64,000 bases of DNA from Selaginella moellendorffii (lineage: Eukaryota > Plantae > Lycopodiophyta): contig NW_003314270.1 of the NCBI RefSeq assembly GCF_000143415.4, positions 1,729,048-1,793,047 on the forward strand, read 5' to 3'. Under the pieces are notes generated by a model. It made no database searches. It saw only the letters and a list, made by a program, of their open reading frames with translations, and was not told the DNA's origin. The position numbers and the translations under genes were made by a program. Below, piece after piece: positions 1-14,100 of the stretch (positions are counted from its first letter, which is position 1; every line of letters starts with the position of its first letter).

Positions 1-459
1 TGCTAGCGGCAACACTCTCGAGCCCCCACTTGATTCTCCACTCCCAGCTGGCATAACCAACCTTGGTTATGCCCTTCGATTCTTATGGTTCGGTTCTATC
101 CCCTTACTTCTTGCTTTTGGCTTCACACTTTTCCTTCGGTCATTCTCCTCCAGACCAGGAGGATAGCTTTGCACTTTCTATCATGCTTTAGCAAGTATTC
201 TTAGGGATGAATCTACCCAATAGCCCAAGAAGTGGTTCCTCAATCCGGGTATACTCACCTTATAATCCCACACACTGAGATTACATTGTTGCTTATGGGC
301 CTTTACATGCCCATCACTAGCCTTGCCAAAATTCCATTTTTGGCTTTGTCCAACTCGGGTAGACAGTCCTCTCCTGTCTTCGCAACCTTGGACATTTGGA
401 TAGCACCTTCTATCCATCATTCGCTAGGGACTTAGTCCCTTGGGCTTTTATCCATTGCT

Positions 460-587
460 CTCGCGACATCAAACACCACCTTCCACACCAAATGTAACCA
501 AATGTAAGCTCCTTGAATTTGGACTCGCGACATCAAACACCACCTTCCACACCAAATGTAACCAAATGTAAGCTCCTTGAATTTGGA
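460..587. repeat. 64-bp direct tandem duplication overlapping the end of a Cassandra LTR
   Basis: ctcgcgacatcaaacaccacc...gaatttgga occurs at 460 and again at 524. Confidence 0.85.
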
Positions 588-992
588 CTTCCCGGGAGGT
601 CACCCAGCCCAGTACTATTCAAACCCAAAGACGCTTAACTCCAAATATCCCAAGACCCTTAACCGATTGGAAAAGGGCGTGCACTCTTGTTCATGGGCCC
701 TTTCCCTCTATATTTGAACCCCAACGGATCGTCTCTCGAGTCGTTCCCTTTGGTTGCTTACAATCCACCACGCTTCTCTGCAAGTTCACGCCCTCGTGAA
801 CGGAAGCTGAGAGCCGCAGCTCTCCCGAGAGCCTCGCTCTCTTGACACCCTACCCCTCGGGTCGAGCCCAGCAGGAGCAAACTGGACCAGCCAGATGTCA
901 ATCAACATGTGGTGTAATTCCCTTAGCCAACCAACAAAGTCGGACCCAAGACCGCTCCGATACCAAATGTAAGCTCCTGAGTTTGGACTTCC
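567..992 (-). mobile_element. Cassandra-type TRIM with 5S rRNA-like LTR; second LTR truncated
   Basis: LTR TG...CA at 567-762, ~205-bp internal region, Met-tRNA-type PBS (gctccgatacca) at ~954-965, second LTR from 968 truncated at ~992. The reverse complement of ~585-645 (GTTAAGCGTCTTTGGGTTTGAATAGTACTGGGCTGGGTGACCTCCCGGGAAGTCC) matches the A-box to C-box part of plant 5S rRNA. Confidence 0.85.
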
Positions 993-999
993 TTCTGGT

Positions 1000-2440
1000 G
1001 TTCTAGAGTGTTCGGGTGTCCCAATGATGGCTTTCTTGACAATGAGTATTTCCTTTTATGACATTGACTTACTATATCTCAACACAAGAAACTTATCCCC
1101 TGTAAGGGTATATCCAACTTCCCTATGCTATTAAGAAGTCTTGGGTAGCTACCTTCTACCCGTTTAACCAGTTATTTTGCACCTCTTGCTTAGTTGCCTC
1201 ATAGTGGTCAAGTCCTACAACTCATTGCTTGGTGGTTTCACACCTCCATCATTATCTGGGTCACCACACTCCAACTGCATGCTCTGCAGCTTAGACTATG
1301 CCATTCCCATTTCCATTGGGATTCCTTTGGCAAGGGGTTCTCATGAACCCATTAACATAGCCTCAAGGTATCACACCTTGGCACATTTGGTGTCTCCACA
1401 CCATCGCCATGAGCCTACCTCTATGACACTTCCCCTTCGTGTCTAAGTCTTTGCCAAGACCAACACCGCTCTTTCTCATGCCAACCATCGGTTAGCACTG
1501 CACCATAGAGGTCACACACAACTTTGTGTCAAAGTTGTTTTCTTCTGGGAACACCTTTCCCATTACCTTAGCACGGCACATTTTGCCATCGATGAGATAC
1601 CCTCTGTTCTCATCCTTGGATCCTATGATCCCCCCCATCCTTTGTGGGGTACAACACACCTCAGTCCAAATGCTTCCATCAGTTCTTTTAGGACCATCCC
1701 TTGACTCTACTTGAGTCATCCAGCAGTTTTGGACTTTGGTTAATCCACAGACCCGTAAGGTCCTACTTGTGAGGCACTAGCTCACTGGAATACACTTCTT
1801 GCATTCCTGTCCTACTCAAAAGGACTATTTTCACAAGTGTTACTCTGACACTTGATTTTGTTCTCTGGGGGCAACCTTTGCCCCTTAGGACTACTTATCC
1901 ATGTGATGAGAATTCCACTCATCTCTAAGTACACCCCCCAACTCCTTGGGTTGTTCCAACATTTATTAAAGGTGGCCCCGGCTACCACTTCAAGGACTTG
2001 AGTCCTCTTCCGTATTTGACCTCCCACGGTCATTACTTCTGGTCTCACATTCATGAGCACCAACCTCAACTATATGAGGATAATCTTGTGACTCCTTTAT
2101 TGTTTTGGAGTTTTTATCTTTCCCGTGATCCCAACTGTAGTTGTTTACCACAACTACATTAGCCAGTTTGCTAAGTCAAACGCTCATCTGGATCACATCC
2201 TCAACTCTCTGAGGAAAACCATATACTGTTCCCAAAATCCCAAAGTCGTTCCATTATTGGCGCTTTTCTATCCACCACATTGTCTACAAGTTCACACATG
2301 AACTGTAATGGAGAGCCATGTCTTCCCGACTTGCTGCTCCTCAAGGATAGGCCCACTCCTCGGACCATCCGATGCCAACATCAATGGTGATATACTTGGG
2401 CACTAATAAAAGTCGGACTAAAGAACAACTCCGATACCAA
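1000..2440 (-). pseudogene. Decayed internal (gag-side) region of an LTR retrotransposon
   Basis: Adjoins a minus-strand Met-type PBS (ctccgatacca, ~2430-2439) next to the LTR that starts at 2442. Only short broken ORFs remain. Confidence 0.45.
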
Positions 2441-2441
2441 A

Positions 2442-4164
2442 TTGTAAGCGACTAATTTTTCCATTCTACTTTAGTCACTTAACCACACCTCCGACCACTT
2501 GGAGGAGTCTTATTCACAACCTCCATAAGTCCAACTCAGGACTTGGGGCTTGCTAGCCCCGAGAATGGCATCCATGCCACTCAACCTTAGCACTTGGTCC
2601 AAGTGCTCCACATGTCCGATCCCATGATCGACACCCTAAGGTACCACCGACGTATCGGCCCGTTACGCTAAGGCCATGCCCAATTACCTTGGTCACACCG
2701 GTGGACTAACACCACCTGCATCACAGTCCTATCTCTCAAGGACTGGGGCATCCATCCGTGAGTGATTATTTCAGATCCACTCCTTAGCATCCTTAGGATG
2801 CCCACAGACATGGGGAATAGCCTTCCCCAATATCCCTTTTTCGGTCTTCACCAAGTCCCTTTCTGCCCATGGCCGTGTTCGCCAACACTGCCACTGGATT
2901 GAGGCCCAGAGGCCCGACCACTAAGTCCCAGGGTCCTCTGGGACTTCCTCACCACTCGACTGTATCCTTGGTCACTACACCAGAGGACTACTCCTCCCCC
3001 TTTCCACAGTTTGGGCCTTTGGGACAACATTTCGGAACACCGTGGCCCTACGCGGGCCTCATGGGTACTCTCCCCGCCTTTCGCCTTTGGGTGCTCTAGC
3101 CATGGGCTTAGAGCGAGGTTCCGTTGAGCCACGCCTGGTATCCAAGTAGGTAGTGCCACCCACACTTGGACTGGGAGCATCGGCCAGTCGATCTCCTGGG
3201 GGAACTAGAGCCGGCTCTTGAACACTTCACCAAGCTACCCCGCTTGTCGGTCCGTGTTCACTCTAGTCTTGGACTTCCCAGTGGTCAGCTCATCACCCAA
3301 CACTGGGTCTGGCCTCCCTGGGCCAAACTGGCCTTTCCTGGCCAAACTGGCTCCACTGGGCTCCAACCCCCACACTCTCCCTACTATACTTTTGGAACCC
3401 CCGCAGTGCAGCCCCCCCCCCCCCCCGGGGGACGATCGCTTTGGGCTTTCACCCAACTGCCTGTATTAGTATTCGGACTCGGACTCGGGCTCGAACTCGG
3501 ACTCGGACTCGGTCTCGGTCCCGGTTTCGGACTCGGACTCGGTCTCGGTCTCGGCTTCGGCCTCGGTCTCGGTCTCGGCTTCGGCCTCGGTCTCGGTCTC
3601 GGTCTCGGGTCCATCTCGGGTCCATCTCGGGTCCATCTCGGGTCCATCTCGGACTCCATCTCGGACTCCATCTCGGGTCCATCTCGGGTCCATCTCGGAC
3701 TCCACCTCGGACTCCACCACGGACTCCATCTCGGGTCCATCTCGGACTCCATCTCGGACTCCATCTCGGGTCCATCTCGGACTCTATCTCGGGTCCATCT
3801 CGGACTCTATCTCGGACTCCATCTCAGACTCCATCTCGGGTCCATCTCGGACTCCATCTCAGACTCCATCTCGGGTCCTTCTCGGACTCTAGTTCAGACT
3901 CCAACTCGGGTCCATCTCGAGTCCATCTCGGACACTTCCACGTGTCATGTGTTGGTCCTTTTGGGTCCCTTTTTGGAGCCTCGCTTATTGCTCGCTTCAT
4001 GCTCATTCCTCGAGCCCTTCGTTAGGAGTTCCACTCCCACTCTTGACCTTTCAAGTCGAAGCTTTTGGCCCAAACGTGTTACACTCGTTTGGCTTTCGCT
4101 TCGGCCACTACCACGTGGCACCCTTCCGGCTCCACTTTGGGGCCTAGGGATTCTGTGTCTCACA
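2442..4164 (-). mobile_element. ~1.7-kb LTR (family X), 5' LTR of the element to its left
   Basis: TG...CA ends with an adjacent PBS. Degenerate homologues lie at ~7890-8893, ~21670-22072 and 56281-56400. Confidence 0.6.
3472..3931. repeat. (CTCGGW)n / (CCATCTCGGR)n simple-repeat expansion inside the LTR
   Basis: Visible 6-, 10- and 12-bp units. They explain the low-complexity ORFs in all frames. Confidence 0.9.
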
Positions 4165-4700
4165 AATGGTATCAGACGGTGCCTAGCACGATTTTTGCAT
4201 ACTGATGGCCTAATGCGAGGAGGAGGTACCCTACCGATAGAGTAGTGTGGAGCTTGGGCTTAAACCCAAGCTAGATGCATGACACAACCTAGCAGAAGCC
4301 AAACTAATATCTTAAGTGGTTGAACATGCATTTCAACCATTATCCCTACTATATATTTAGAACCCCCCCCCCCCCCCCCCCCCTTGAGGAACACATGCTT
4401 TGGACTTTCACCCCAAGCCTCCCTTAGTAATAGGAGTTAGTTTCTAGGATAAGCTCAAAACTTACTAAGTATGGAATATCCTTAAATTGCAAATTTGGAC
4501 ATGGGATAAACACCATTGTGTTCAAGACAATTTTTACATTCCATAGATATGCCAAATGAACAAATCTAGACATTTTCCATAAATAGTATTTGGGACCGAA
4601 ATGAAACTAACACAAAGGGCATGATAGCGAAGGTGTTTGGCAGACACGCTAAGTTATCATCTAGCGATATTGAGGGATTAGTCTCAGTATGCAAAGGCTA
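4165..4700 (-). mobile_element. Older fragment of the same LTR family as 22073-23195
   Basis: Colinear similarity (ggagcttgggctt..acccaagc, poly-C tract then ttgaggaacac, gggcatgatagcga..gtgtttggcagacacg). Confidence 0.8.
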
Positions 4701-4729
4701 GAATTTATGAGAATGGAAAGCAACTGGAT

Positions 4730-5440
4730 GAAATTCCTGATTTGCTCTGAGTTAAGATAACACAGCACCAATAGCAAAGTCGGAGGCGTCTGCCTTGATG
4801 AACAAAGGTTGTGAGGGATTAGCATGGATCAAGACGGGAGTAGAATTGAAGGTTGCCTTGAGTGTGTCGAAGGCCTATTGGGTAGCAGCAGACCAAGAGA
4901 AGGGAACATTTTTGCGAGTGAGATGCGTGAGAGGAAGGACCATGTCAGAGTAGTGATTAATGAATTTGCGGTAGAAGTTGGCGAAGCCAAGGAAAACCTG
5001 AACATCCGACATTGATTGTGGAGGCTCCCATTCGAGAATAATCTTGACTTTGGCAAGATCCATCATGATACCCTTAGGAGTGAAAATGTACCCAAAGAAC
5101 TCCACAGACTCCTGATCGAAGGAACATGTCTCAAACTTCGCATATAGGCTATGTTCCCGCAGCTTTGCCAGCACTTTATGCACATGCTCGTCATGCTCCT
5201 TTTGAGTTTTTGAGTAGATGAGGATGTCGTCGAGGTAGACAATCACAATCTGATCAAGAAACTCTCGAAAGACGTCGTTTGCCATATGTTGGAAAACTGT
5301 TGGAGCATTTGTCAAGCCAAATGGCATGATAGTGTACTCGAAGTGGCCATAGCGGGTTCGGAACAATCTTCCATTCATCACCAGGCTGGATCTAGATCAA
5401 GTTGTATACTCCACGGAGGTTGATCTTGGTGAGGATGTAG
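4730..5440 (-). pseudogene. Ty3/gypsy (chromovirus-like) RT and start of RNase H fragment
   Basis: [31 protein letters not shown] and [12 protein letters not shown], followed after a frameshift by ADASDFAIGAVLS. Confidence 0.9.
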
Positions 5441-7870
5441 TGAATCACTCCTTGATGATATGTTATTCGTAACTGAGTATTGTTAAGGGTTTGGTCTTAG
5501 ATATTGACTAAGGTATCTTCGACTTTGGTTAGCTTGGTTGTTAAAGAGTTTTGAGTGGTGATTCACTCTTGCTTTCTATTAGCTTTGTTCTAGTATTGAT
5601 GGCATTGAAGTGATGCTCTGTTGTTGATATTGTTGATGTTGAGACTTAAGTAAAATGAAATGTCTTTCCATAAAATTGATATTGAGTTTCATTAGTTTTG
5701 ATGTAGATAGTGTTGATAATTTAGCTGTAGCTTTGTGTTATTGGCATTCATGCATCTGCTAGTTAACAACAATATTAGCATTCAAATGGACTGAGTGGCA
5801 AGTTGAGTTAGTTGTGTTCTAAATGAGATTATTTAGTAGGGGTTGAGGTTTGGCTTTTCTTTGGAAAGTGATTCAATCATAGACTATGCTAACTTTACGA
5901 GAGGAAGATTTAGTGATCAATATTAAAGATATTTTTTCCTTGTTGGATTTGAGTTGGTATATATCAATCATTAATAATTCTTCTTATGCTTGTTATAAAG
6001 TGAGTTACATCTTGCTATATATGGATTCATGGAGAATTAGTAGGTGATCACTTATTGAGCATAACTTTGTTGTGTTTGGCTTTTAGATAAATATAGATAT
6101 ACTCTTAATTAGATTTATATTATAAAGTTTAGCTTGTAGATGTGTTGAGGAGGATATTATAGGTTATACTATGATTTCTTTTTTAGCATTGAAATTAGTA
6201 TATACAAGACTCATTATCATTGTTAAACAAGATTTATCTATAGGCTTCTTCAAGCTTTTGGTTCTTTGAGTTTTATACTCATTTTTCCATTTGTTAAAAG
6301 TTTTTGGGGAAGGCATTTTGGCATTTTGTGTTCTAATTTAAGATTATTCACTGATAATTAAGTCTCTAAGAAATAATTGTCTATGACTTTGATATTGTCC
6401 ATCTATTGATCTTTGAGTTTGGGACAGTATAGGCAGATTGGGTTCAACATTTCATGTGTATGGTGAAATCTTTAGTCGTGGGGTAGCTACTGTCGACTGG
6501 TCACATCACCCGCCTCTTTGTCGATGTTCCTTATTTTGTTAAAAAGGCGTGACTGTGTAAACAACTCTAATTATATGTTTACAATAGTCTATCTAAACTT
6601 TACTAATAGATTTAGTTTCTTTACTTAGGGGGTTGGGGCTTATAGCTTCTCTCTCTCTATATCCCTATAGGCAAGGGCATATCACACTTTTGTAAGCTGA
6701 GTGACATCTAGAATAGCAAGGGTGGTTAACTCCATTGGTCATTTCGTTGTCAGCGACTGCCGGAAAGTGTCTGAGTTAGTAGCATATCCGCATTAGATAA
6801 AAAGGTTACTCTCACTCATTTAAGTTGGTGTATATCTTACAAAGTGTGAACACTGTGAACTTTTTCTAAAGTTTTTTCCTTGACGGTGTTTTAGACTAAA
6901 GTATGCATCGATGAGGACGTTGGTTTTCCCTAAGGGGGGGAGAGTGTCGCAAATGTGATTGCGGGTATCGAAAGTTACTTGTTAGCTAGTCCTTTCGAAT
7001 ATTCTTTTTTTACTGCCACGATGGAAGGAGATCGATATTGTTGGATCATTTATCAGTTTCTGCCTAAGCTAGTTGAAAAATTAGTCATCACATGTGCACT
7101 TAGACTAGAAGGGCACTAAGGAAGGAAATCCTAAATTGTCATTTAGTCAAGCATACTTGACATAGTAGTGAAAAACTCATGTTGTTAGTTTATACTTGCT
7201 AGTGTTGGAAACCTCTACAATATTGAGCTTAGTCCCTCAATATTCACAAAATAATAGCTTTGTTATCTTGTGAATATTGCTATTTATGGAAAGTGTCTAA
7301 ATCTACTAGTTTGGCATATCTATGGAATGTAAAAATTGTTTTGAACACAATGGTGTTAGTGGGGGGGCGGGGCTGTGAGGTGTTCCAAATGTATAGTAAG
7401 GCTAATGTGTAGATCGGGCATGGCTGACCAACTTGAGGCATAGTTTAGCTCTTGCTTACGTGTTTGTCCTTGTTCTACTGTTCTACCTCTGGCTTGTGTC
7501 TAAGCCCAAGTTCCAAACCATGCTAGCTGATTAAGCCACTGATATGCTAAAATAGCGCTATACTCCATTTAGCTTTGTTTTGTATGCTAGTCCTACCATT
7601 GGGATGCTAGATGCTCTAAAACGATCCTAAGTTGCTATGTGCTCCTGTCCCTTTGCTCCTTATGCTATATACTCAAGAGTCACTCCATGCTCCAGTTCCT
7701 TTGCTTCTTAGCTCCATGCTTAGGAGTTTAGCTTTGTTCCTTCATTCAGTTGCCCAAGGCCCTAAAACTCAAGTTTTTCTCCCTTGTTTGTGGTATGTGG
7801 TACGTGGCATATGATACATGGCATATAGAGGGTTTAGGTTATACTTTGTGGTTATTCTATAGTAAATCAC
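5441..7870 (+). mobile_element. Degenerate copy of the non-autonomous LTR family (internal region, PPT, LTR from 6945), opposite orientation to 22073-56280
   Basis: Reverse-complement similarity to 46600-47530 and 22073-23790. PPT aagggggggagag followed by TGTCGC at 6945. Confidence 0.75.
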
Positions 7871-8121
7871 CATAGAATAAGGGTGAAAACCACATGCACT
7901 ACAGTCTCAATCTCAAATCCAGTCTTAAACTCCATCTCAGACTCAATCTTGAATTCTATCTTGGACTCCTTCCCAAACTCCATCTCAGACTCCATCTCAG
8001 ATTCCATCTCGAACTCCTTCTCAGACTTTTTAGACTCTATGTTGGACCTGATCTTGACACCTTTGCATGTCACAACACTTGTTATATGTTGGTGATTCTT
8101 TTGTTCCTTTTTGAAGATTGA

Positions 8122-8714
8122 TATAAGCAATCAAAGAGAACGACTCAAGAGACAATCCATGGGGTTTAAATATAGAAGAAAAAGGCCCATGAATAAAAGT
8201 GCACCCCCTTTTCCAATCGGTTAAGGGTCTTGAGATATCTGGGGTTAAGCATCCTTAGGCTTGAATAATATTAGGTTGGATGACCTCTCGAGAAAACTAA
8301 ATTTAGGAGTTTACATTTGGCATTAGAAAGGTCTCAGGTTTGACTCTGTTGGTTAGCTAAGGGAATCTCACCACATGTTGATTGACATTTAGTAGGTCTA
8401 GTTTGCTCCAGCTAAGCTCAACTCGAGGGGTAGGGTGTCAAGAGAGTGAGGCTCTCGGGAGATCTACAACTCTCAACTTTCATTCATGAGGGCGTGAATT
8501 TGCAAGGAAGCATAGTAGATTATAAGCAACCAAAGAGAACAACTTGAGAAACAATACATAAAGTTTAAATATAGAGGGAAATGGCACATGAATAAGAGTG
8601 CACCCCCTTTTCTAATTGGTTAAGGGTTTTAGGATATTTGGGGTTAAGCGTCCTTGGATTTGAATAGTACTAAGCTATGCGACATTTTGGGAAGTCTAAA
8701 TTCAGAATCTTACA
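8122..8714 (+). mobile_element. Complete but degenerate Cassandra-type TRIM
   Basis: LTRs at 8122-8315 and 8521-8714, each with a 5S-like core (gttaagcRtcctt...gacYtYtYgRgaa). PBS-like tttggcattaga at 8316. Near-TSD attga/attta. Confidence 0.8.
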
Positions 8715-11149
8715 ATTTACTCAACATATACTTTGTGCTTACTCCTTGAGCATTTCTTTAGGAGTTCCACTCCCACTGCTAACTTTGTCAAAGCTTTTAA
8801 TTTAAACATGTTATACTTATTAAGCTTCTACTTTAGCCACTACCACATGGCACACTTTGGCTTCCACTTGGGAAGTAGGGATTTTTGTCTCATAATTGGC
8901 ACTCGAACCTAACCTTTGAAGGGACCTAACCTAAAAGTTTTGAGAGTGAGTTAGAAGGCACTAGAGAGAGAGTGTCAGGAGGAGTGAGGGAGGGAGCACA
9001 CAGGACGGCAGCAGCAACACACGCGCCGCAGCAGCAGCACGCAAGGCTCTCCTCCTTCCTCCTCTTCCTCTCTTCTCTCAAAAGAAGCATCTCAGCGCTT
9101 GAATCTCGATTTCTCCCAAACGGCTAGGAGTTTTCTCGATTCCTTCGACAGGGGGCTTGTAGGAGTGGAGCATCACGTCCTCCTGCAACGGCGCAGTGAG
9201 ATCTGCCACGGATCTGGAGATCTCGCTCACCCTAGTTGCGGCAGCAGCTAGGTTTTGCAAGCTTTCAAGATTTGGGGCTTTCGGTTCTTGGGGGAAATTG
9301 AGTTGTGGGAGCGATAGAGGCGAGGAAGAGGGACATCGCCAGCTTCACCAGTCCTCCACTCGCTTTGCCAGAGTGACTATGGCAAAGGACGGGCTCTTTT
9401 TATTCCTCTTTTCTCTCCTACGGCTTGGTTTTCGCTTTGATTCTTGTTTCGACTTCACGGCTAGCATCTAGGGAGTGGCGAGCAGCACTCCCAGCAGCAG
9501 CGCTTCATTCTGATCTGGGATTCAGGAGATTCAGATGACCCTAGCTCGCACTCTGGAATTAGGGTTCTTGGGCGGCAGCTAGGGTTAGGGTTCACCCTGT
9601 TCTAGTCCTTGGTGGCTAGGGCTTCTAGGGCTGGCAGTGGTGGGTTGCTACAGTCCTAGGAGGCTCTTGAGGCATCTCGACGGTGGACAGACAGTTGCAA
9701 AAGCCCTAGAAATGGGGCTCTTTGCCAAGATCTATGTGACCTTGCTTGCCTTGACGCGTGACGACAGTGGTAGCGGTCAAGGATTGGTGGAGTTGGATGT
9801 CGCTTTAGGGGTGACTCGGAGCGGCTGGGACTTGAAAAAATTCCCAGCTTTCTGGATTCTCTTTGGATGACCACGCATGGTGTCTCACTTTGAGGATGAT
9901 CGAGAAGGGAGGATTTTTGGATCTAGTGGCAGGGACTGCTGCCACAGTTGGGACCAACGGCCAACAGAGTCGATGTGGCAGTACACGTGTGGGGGATCCA
10001 TACATCTCTCCTCCAATGCCTGCTCTAGAGTTCGCTCCCCTAGGAGGAGGTTCGTGCCCTTTCTTAGTTCCTATGGCAGGGGCTAGGACTCATTTGAAGA
10101 TGAGCTAGCGCACTTGTCTCGTGTGGGAGTCAAGGTAGCACACTCCAGCCTTGAGTTGGAGGACGTTCACACCTCGCATGGAGCTACGAGTTGGAGTATT
10201 ATCGCGTTCGAGCGCTGTTCTGGCACTGGAGGCACGTTGGTGGTGGAGCGCTCCGTGGCAAGTTGTGCTAGCCATGGAGCGTAGCAGGTGGCTTCAAGCC
10301 TCACGGTGGAGTCACTTGGGAGGCGGATGGCCCAAGAGCAGCACCTGGCGTTTGCGCTCATAGTTTCACTAGTTTCTTCGAGAGTGCACTCTCAATGTTG
10401 TTTTGGAGGGCTCCGTGGCGGTTTCGCGTGTCACAGAGCGCAGTAGGTGGCTTCCAATTTTGCAGGGGAGTCACTTGGGAGGTGGACAGCCTACGGGCAA
10501 CGCTGGGCATCCATGCTCGTAATCTCACTAGTCTCTTTGAGAATGCACTCTTGCTGTTGTTTTAGCCCCTAAGGGGTATTGGGAAATAGTACATACACAT
10601 TTCATTGAACCTAACCTTTGTAGAATGTTTATTGGCATCCCTTCATGGTAGATAGAGATAGCTCCCTACGTTTGGTTGACCAAACTAAAGCTATGTTAAT
10701 TATCTTAACTTTAGCATACCTCAAGATCCAACTTGGGACATTCTTCAATTTCTTAAATTGATCCTTTATATAAGTATATAGAGTTCTACCTCACAAAAAC
10801 TTCCTCTAATAAATCTCATGCATTTACCAAGTTCTCTTTTAGTTCCCATATTTCTTTACAAAGTGAAAACCCTTTCCATTTCACATGTAATTCTTTTACC
10901 TTATGTCCTTGTGATGTTTATACATATGAGGATAGCCTTGAGTGGATAAGGAATCCTTGTATAAGGAGGACTTTTGTAAAAAAACTTCTAAACATGAGTC
11001 TAATGGGCAAAGTTTGATTGTCCAAGGCTCAATCAGACACTCTAGAAGTATAATTTGCACAAAGAAATACTCTACTAGAGACCCTTATATACAAGCTAAG
11101 GCAAAACACTTTAGATGTAAGCAATGTAGATAGCGTCGACCCTTTGGCA

Positions 11150-14100
11150 GGTGCTAAGGCAAAACTAAATAAGGTCAAGCAAACCAAGGTGAGTTTGTCC
11201 TTCAAGCATTTCCCAAGTACAAACCAAAGCTCCCAATAATCTTCAAAGGAGTAAATGACTATAAGGTGGTGGAGGATTGATTTTATGATATAAAGGATTA
11301 CTTTTGAGTATTGTGGTTACCAAATTCGAAAAAGGTCCTATGTGCAAAACTATACTTAACAAATAATACAAGTTTTAGTGGAGAACGTAAAAGGCCAATG
11401 AATATGGCCATCTAGAAAGTGATAAAGGTGAAGATCCAAGCAACCTATATTCCCTCAAATACTACTCTACATTTAAAAAATAAACTCAATAGGCTGAGGC
11501 AAATATGAACCATTCAAGAGTATATGAAACATTTATGGTTGAAATAATCTTTGTCACATATATGGGCAACATGGATGCATTCCATGCCTTCATATCACGC
11601 TTGAAGACTAGTGCTCAGGGCAAGGTGATGGGCTGTAACCCGAAAAACTATAAAAAAATATTGGATGTGGCTATCAAAGTGAATGCACTTTGATAGCCAC
11701 ATCCAATATTTTCTTATAGTTTTTGACAATCTGCGAAAAGGGAACTCAATTAGGTTTAGATTTACATTTAGCAAGGGATACAAACCAATAAGTTGGGAAG
11801 GTAGATTTAGTGGTTAAAAACAAGGCATGTGTGAAAGTTAGATCAAGAGAGACAAACCTACTGATAAAAAAATAAAGTCTAGTAATAGTGTGGGGAATAA
11901 TGTATATTTTAATTATGGTGAGGCTATACTTCTTGAGAGAATGTCCCTAGTTGAAGAAGGCCAAAATAAATATAACCATTAACTTGGGTGAAGTCTAAAT
12001 AAAGGTATATGATCTAGTCCCTATCTCAAAGTGATTTATTATATGAACAACTTTGGTAGAGAGTCACTTGCAACAATTACTAGCCCTCAGAGGGAATCTC
12101 AAAGATATCTTCGTTAAGATCCTTATTAATATAAGTGCTTTAGAAAATTTTGTGGCTACAGACATATCTCCACAAGCCAGACTAATGGTATAATGGCTGG
12201 GAGAACTTAGGACTATAGATTTTGTTGAAAGTAGTCAAAGTACTAATAAGGTATTTTAACAAGCAAGAGTTGAAATAGTGACATTAGAAATTTGATATGG
12301 ATTTCACTATTTTGGACATGGTGGGATTCGATATAATCTTTAGGATGGATTGGTTCAATCAGTTTATAATAACCTTGCATCAACAAGGTATGGTGGTATT
12401 TATAAATACCCTTGAAAAATGATCTAAGATAGCTTAGGATCTAAAGATAAGACGAAGTAGATCCAAGGACTCTTGCTTGAACTTGGTGTCTATAGGCAAA
12501 TAGCTCGCTAAGGGAACCAAAGCAGCATTTTTGTGCTTACTCTCAATAAGAAGAAAAAAAAAGACTGGAACAGAAAAAATACCCTTAGTGATTCAGCAAG
12601 TATTAAATCAATTTCGAAATACCATACCAAAGGAGTTGCTAGTGGGGCTACCCTTTACTCAATCAATAGAACATAAGGTTAAGGTGGTTAAGGGTGTGAA
12701 GGTAATGGTTTGTCTCCTTTATCAGTGAAACAGAAAAGAACTTGAGAAGCTCAAATGCTAACTTGAGGAGTTGGTTGATAAAGGATATATTAGATTAAGT
12801 TGCCATATAGGCTTCCAATGTCATTTATGAAAAATAAGGATGTCTTTATGTGCATATGTATAGACTATCAGTTGCTCAACAAGTATTAGAAAAAAAACAA
12901 GTACCCTTTATAAAGGATTAAGGACTTGTTTGATAGTTTAGAAAAAGTAAAATACTTCTCAAGAATTGATCTAAAATCAAGATACTACCAAATTAGAGTA
13001 GAAAAGGAAGATTTTGATAAGACAACCTCTCAAATAAAGTATAGAAGATTGAGTTGGGTTGTGCAATACACCAACATTCTTAGTGCTAATGAACCACATC
13101 TTTCTACCTTAATTGGATCACTTTGTCGTCCTTTACATTTACGACATCCTAATATCTAGTAAAACATTAAAAGAGTATGCTGAACACCTAAAAAACGAAC
13201 ACAAATGGTATGTTAAAGAGAAGTGTGATTTTGTTTAATAAGAGGTAAAGTTTTTTGGGTAGGTAAAGATATGCTCAATATACACCTAAAAAAGGTCTAA
13301 GTGATTCAGGAATGCAATCAACTATTAAATGTACATAAATTAAGGGCATTCTTAGAGCTATTCAACTACTATCGAAAGTTTATCAAATACTATTCAAGAG
13401 TAACTTTGCCTTTAACAGAGAAAATGGGAAAAGGGAAGATAGTATAGATAGCAAAATGTGAGGACCTCAAAGAGAAGTTGAGGAAGGCTTTTATGTTGGC
13501 ATTACTAAACTTTGGTAAGGATTTCGAGGTAGAAACAAATATATTAAACTTTATGTTAAGTATAGTTTCAAAGCAAAAAAATTACCTAGTGGCTCTCTTT
13601 TTTAAGAAGTTGGACAAAGCTCAACAAGAGTGGCTTGCCCATAAAAAGGAATTATCTACCTTGGTCAAGGCACTAAAAAAGTGGTAACACTACCTTGGAA
13701 GGCACTTCAAGGTATACACAAATAATGTGGCAATGAAACATGTCGTGTCACAGTTTGATCTCTTAGGAAAATAAGATCAATAAATGCTTTGGCTAAGTTT
13801 GATTGCAAAATTCTGTATAAATCTAAGAATAGCAATATTATGACAGATGCTTTAAGTCATAAAGCAAGTTTGACATTGCCAATATGTAACATAATTACAA
13901 CCTTCTAAAATGATATGTAGACAATGTATGACAGCTTTAGTCTAGCACAAAAAGTGTTGCTAAGGAACAAAGACATGTGTGATACTTACCAATGAAGCGA
14001 GCCACCTAAGAAAGTTATATAGAATGCAATAAACTCATTTATTATAAACAGATAAGCTTGTATGTTCCACAAGGCAAACTAAGGAAAGTAGCTTTAGAAG

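Noticed and set aside
585-645. 5S rRNA gene
   Set aside because: Only the internal part is present, embedded in TRIM LTRs.
4165-4180. Apparent plus-strand Met PBS (tggtatcaga) after the LTR end
   Set aside because: It aligns with the interior of the other LTR family (aacggagcaaaacgg...), so it is probably target sequence. The PBS on the left side defines the orientation.
3166-4245. 359-aa and overlapping ORFs (GL, RS and ES repeats)
   Set aside because: They arise from the stop-free simple repeat inside an LTR.
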